Assembly: GCF_964188315.1 (NCBI RefSeq)
Contig: NC_135666.1
Span: 2,604,001-2,668,000, forward strand
Direction: 5' to 3'
Source: Podarcis muralis
Lineage: Eukaryota
DNA length: 64,000 nucleotides
Positions 59,801-64,000 of the stretch are shown piece after piece. Positions within the stretch are counted from its first letter, which is position 1. Every line of letters starts with the position of its first letter. The position numbers and the translations under genes are program-made. The notes beneath the pieces were generated by a model. It had not been told where the DNA came from. It saw only the letters and a list, made by a program, of their open reading frames with translations, and ran no database searches.

Positions 59801-60241
59801 AACCGCGTGACTGCTAAAGAATCCTGGGAGCTGCAGTTTGCTAAGGATGCTGGGAATGGTATCACTGTAAGAGAGGAAACTACAGTTCCCAGAGTTCTTT
59901 GGGGGGGAATCCTGTGCTTTGAATGTGTGGTGTGGGATTGTCCTTTCTGGAGGGAATCTCATGTTTCAGTTCCAGTGGCTGCCAAACAATCAGGGAGCAC
60001 ACTGGCACCTCCCTTCCATAAACTCATCCCCAGTTAAAAAAGCATTCTTCAGAGCAGTGGTTTGCACGACCCACTAAGGAGGATAACAACACAATAGCAT
60101 TTGAAATGGTAATAAATGATTGCATATTTATTCAAAATCCAATTAAAACTATTTAGTTCAATCAGTTCAGCAAAATTCCATCAACGGCATCTCCGGGAAA
60201 TTTTAAACATCACCTGGGAAGACAGGTGAACTAATACCAGT

Positions 60242-60747
60242 GTACTGGAAGTAGCCAAGATCACCAGTGTTGAAGCGATTATTCTTCAACATCCACTTCA
60301 TTGGATTGGTCATGTTGTGTGGATGCCTGATTGCCGTCTTCCAAAACAACTACTCTATTCCGAACTTAAAAATGGAAAGCGTAATGCTGGTGGTCAACAA
60401 AAGAGGTTCAAATACTCTCAAAGCAAATCTTTAAAAAGTAGTATAAACACTGACAACTGGGAAATACTGGTCTGTGAGTGCTCCAAGTGGAGAACAGCCT
60501 TTACCAAAGGTGTCATGGGTTTCGAAGATGCTCAAACTCAGGACGAAAGGGAGAAACGCACTAAGAGGAAGGCACACTTGGCAAATCCACATTGTGATCA
60601 ACTCCTGCTCGGAAACCTATGTCCCCACTGTGGAAGGAGGTGTGGATCCAGAAATGGTCTCCACTGTCACTTATGGACTCACTGTTAAAACCTTGTTTAG
60701 GGAAGACAATCTTACTCAGCTACGAGTGATTGCCGAAGAAGAAGAAG
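60242..60747 (+). mobile_element. RTE-clade LINE 3' fragment
   Basis: WIGHVVWMPDCRLPKQLLYSELKNGKRNAGGQQKRFK, C-terminal CPHC...H zinc knuckle, (GAA)n tail. Confidence 0.85.
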
Positions 60748-61329
60748 TTGTTACCATATTTACACCTCCAGAGCCCCACTCCCCTCCCTGCCCCGGCTTG
60801 ATATCACCCCACTGGGTAATCCCACCAGCTTTAGTGTTTCCCACTCTGGTTCCAAAGAGGATACTGGACTGGATAGACCACTGGCCTGATTCTGCATGCT
60901 GTTCTTGTACAAAATGTACTAACCTTTTATGTTTTCCACAAACATTCTAATAGAACATAGCCAGCAAAACTTGTGGATTCTAAATACCAGCGTGCATGAA
61001 TCATTGAGGCCATTCCCCACTTTAAAATAAGAACAAACCTGCTTTGGGCTTTGTCACTGCCATCCTGGCTTCTCTGGCTAGGAAGGGGACCAAACTGGCC
61101 ACCGGCAACTTGACCTCCAAAATGCCAGGTTCATGAAAGAGGCTCCCCAGCAGGCGTTGGGAAACTGCAAGGCTCCGGACGTTTCTGTTTGCTTATGTGT
61201 TCCTGGAGTGAAAGCTGTGGACTTTGTAGATCAAACACTGAAATCAGTTGGGGGGTGGGGGGCACACAACAAAGTGGCTGGTGGAATGGGAAAGGCCAAA
61301 TCTCTAATATCAATATTGCCTTTCAGAGC

Positions 61330-61535
61330 TGTTTCAGGGGAAACAACCTGGATAAATTCAGCAGTGTAAATTCATTTTGATGGATGTAATAATGGAATAC
61401 TGAATGGTTTAGTTTATGTAAAATATGCAGGGATTTATGATATGCAAAATGAACCGTGGAAAGAGAAGAAAGGATGTCATTGATATCTTAAGGTTGTTTA
61501 AATGAATATTCTAAATTGTAATGAAGAAAATTGTT
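61330..61535 (+). mobile_element. L1/Tx1-clade 3' UTR fragment
   Basis: Closely similar to 37730-37870. Confidence 0.7.
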
Positions 61536-61581
61536 TGCTGATTTGCTACCGGGCCAGGATCAAGGTGTGGCAATAAGTCTA

Positions 61582-61899
61582 AAGGTAAAGGACCCCTGAG
61601 CAATAGGTCCAGTCATGGCCAGCTCTGGGGTTGCACTGCACATCTCGCTTTATTGGCTGAGGGAGCCAGTGTACAGCTTCCGGGTCATGTGGCCAGCATG
61701 ACTAAGCCGCTTCTGGCAAACCAGAGCAGCGCACGGAAACGCCGTTTACTTTCCCACCAGAGCGGTACCTATTTATCTACTCGCACTTTGATGTGCTTTC
61801 GAACTGCTAGGTTGGCAGGAGCAGGGACCGAGCAACGGGAACTCACCCCGTTGCGGGGATTCGAACCGCCAACCTTCTGATCGGCAAGTCCTAGGCTCT
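61582..61899 (-). mobile_element. 5'-truncated Sauria SINE with 13-bp TSD
   Basis: TSD ggcaataagtcta at 61569-61581 and 61900-61912. Confidence 0.9.
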
Positions 61900-62549
61900 G
61901 GCAATAAGTCTACAAAGCCCTTAAAAACATGGGACCAATTTACCTGGAAAATTGCCTTACCCTGTAGACATGCACTCGACCCTTTTGATCTGCAGAACCA
62001 GCACTGTTACAGGTGCCATGCAATACCCATTTGTAAGAACTCAACATTTTAGTTTGGTAGTGCCTGCACTTTGGAACTCCCTGCCTATTGATGCCACTAG
62101 GCGCCTCCTCTGTATTCTCTGTGCTCTTTCTGGCACCTGCTAAAAACATTCTTCTTGATTCGGCAGGCTCTTTTGCAGCAGGTACCACCCACGTTGGGAG
62201 CCACTGGCATCAATGAGAGATCCTGCGACTCCTGTGCCAGCCCGAAAGAGAAAGCAGACCTGGGGAAAAACACCCTGCATCTTTGGCAGCTGGTTGGGAG
62301 GGGTGGCCAAAGGGACCCCTCCTCCTGTTGTTTTCCTGCACAGGTGCCCTTTGCCCACCCCTCCCTTTCATCTCCTGGGCATCAACCAACCAACAGCCAG
62401 GGGAGAGGGCAGAGGGCAGGCGAGGGGGCCTGCGTCTGGGACAGCTCTCATGGGAACAAGTTAATGACCGACCAAGATCAACAGACCGGCAGGGGAGTTC
62501 GCAAGGGCAGGGTGTGGGCAGCAGATCCACTGGGGACGCGGGCAAGGGG

Positions 62550-62714
62550 ATGAAGGGGCTTCTAGTGCTGTGCTTGGGCCTCCTGGCCCTGGCGGATGCC
62601 AACCAGTCGCCCCTCCAGCAAAGGGCTCTGGAGCTGGTGCTAGATTTCTTCCACAGCAGGGACCTCGTTCAGGCAACATTCAAGGAGCAAGCTGTGACCC
62701 ATGTCACGGAGACG
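62550..62714 (+). CDS. RARRES2: Chemerin (retinoic acid receptor responder 2), first coding exon with signal peptide
   Basis: MKGLLVLCLGLLALADANQSPLQQRALELVLDFFHSRDLVQATFKEQAVTHVTET resembles bird chemerin as I recall it (LALADAGQSPLQRR...DYFHSR...FREQSV). Phase-0 donor ACG|gtgagc at the same position as the human intron. Later exons lie beyond the window. Confidence 0.88.
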
Positions 62715-63779
62715 GTGAGCAGGACATGCGAGGGGGGAGCGTGCGTGGGGCTGGAGGGGGAGGCGGAGGATCGTCACCCCATATAACAAAGCCCCACGGA
62801 CTGCCATCCACTTATGCCCAATAGTGTGCAATAGTGGCGGGGAATGAACTTCCCAATTTGTTGGATAAGCTGAGGACGTTAGCAGACCCTCCAAGCGTCC
62901 TTGTTTTCCAGCGACAGTCCGATTTACAGAATCTGTCCCAGTTTCTGAGTCCTGGAATGTTCTGCTTTTCCTATTTTCATTGGAGATGTGTTGGAGGGTG
63001 TGGAATAGGATCATACAGTAGCTGTCAACTTTTCCCTTGCGAGGAATCCTATTCGGAATAAGGGAATTTCCCTCTTAAAAAGGGAAACGTTGACAGCTAT
63101 GAATAGGATGCCCCTATTTTCATCAGAGAATTTTGGAGGGTGTCCCTGTTTTCCTCGGATAAATGTTGTCAGGTATGCATTCGACTTAAGGGGGTTCTAA
63201 GACTCTGCTTCTCCTTCTGCACATCTGGGATTGGATCCCTGGTTCCTAGATTATCAGTGTTCTACTGATCACTACAGAATCACAGGATTCTAGAATCGGA
63301 GAGCAGGAAGGGACACCCGAGGGTCATTTGGCCCAACCCGCTGCAAGGCAGGAATCGCAGCTGAAGAAGTCCTGGCAGACGGCCGTCTAACCTCTGCTTA
63401 GAAGCCTCCAAGGAAGACGAGTCCACCACCCTCTGAGGGGGTCCATTCTGCTGTCCGACAGCTCTTGCCATGAGAGAGCTCTCCCTGTTGTTGAGTCGGA
63501 ATTTCCTTTCTTGTCATTGAATCCATCGGTTTGGGTCCTCCCCTCTGGAGCAGCAGAAAACAAGCTTGCTCCCCCTTGGCCGGCCTCTTCCCACCTGGCC
63601 TGGGAGGGTGGGACCTGGACTGCAGCTGCAAAAGCTGAGGCTGTTGATCAGACTCATTGGCTGCATTATTGCTTAGGTTGGGTTTTGGTTGGGGCACCGG
63701 AGCTGCTACTGTTATTATTATTGTCCCTTTTAGATGTGGAAACTGTTCAGTCTGGTTGTGTATTCTTTGATGTTTTACC

Positions 63780-64000
63780 GTCATACCTCAGGTTACAGAC
63801 ACTTCAGGTTGCGTTTTTTTCAGGTTACGGACACTTCGAAACCCAGAAGTACCGGAACGGGTTACTTCTGGGTTTCATAGGTCGCACATGCGCAGAAGCA
63901 CCGAATTGCAATCCGCACGTGCACAGATGCGCCACTGCGGGTTGCGAACGTGCATCCCATGAACGTGCATCCTGCACCGATCATGTTCGCAACCCGAGCA
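63780..64000. mobile_element. Tigger-like element (partial, runs off the right edge)
   Basis: catacctcaggttacagacacttcaggtt similar to the other Tigger-like left ends. Confidence 0.6.

Overview
This is vertebrate genomic DNA, not prokaryotic. The repeat content (Sauria SINE, Squam3-type SINE, Bov-B/RTE, L2, CR1, L1, Tigger-like and hAT MITEs, Penelope-like remnants) points to a squamate, probably a lacertid lizard (inference). There are three minus-strand C2H2 zinc-finger genes: a ZNF775 orthologue (11 fingers), a REPIN1 orthologue (8 intact fingers) and an extra 7-finger gene I cannot name. The first coding exon of chemerin (RARRES2) lies on the plus strand, head-to-head with the ZNF genes as in the human 7q36.1 block. 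The CpG-island 5' end of an unidentified minus-strand gene is at the left edge. All three spliced ZNF models were built by hand from GT-AG sites, stay in frame and sum to whole codons (588, 579 and 628 aa). Main points of interest: (1) the REPIN1 orthologue has a full KRAB-A+B that canonical human REPIN1 lacks; (2) the extra gene has a frameshifted KRAB-A relic, an internal start Met and two KRAB-B-like exons; (3) REPIN1 (known ATT-repeat binder) and the extra gene could plausibly read the (TTA)n tails seeded by the abundant L2 family (hypothesis); (4) minimal hammerhead ribozymes sit in Penelope-like inverted repeats, two of them in sense orientation in introns of the extra gene; (5) two L2 insertions are flanked by 103-104 bp direct repeats. 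Gene names come from my recall of human and chicken protein sequences and need BLAST confirmation. I see no firm evidence of a wholly new biological system.
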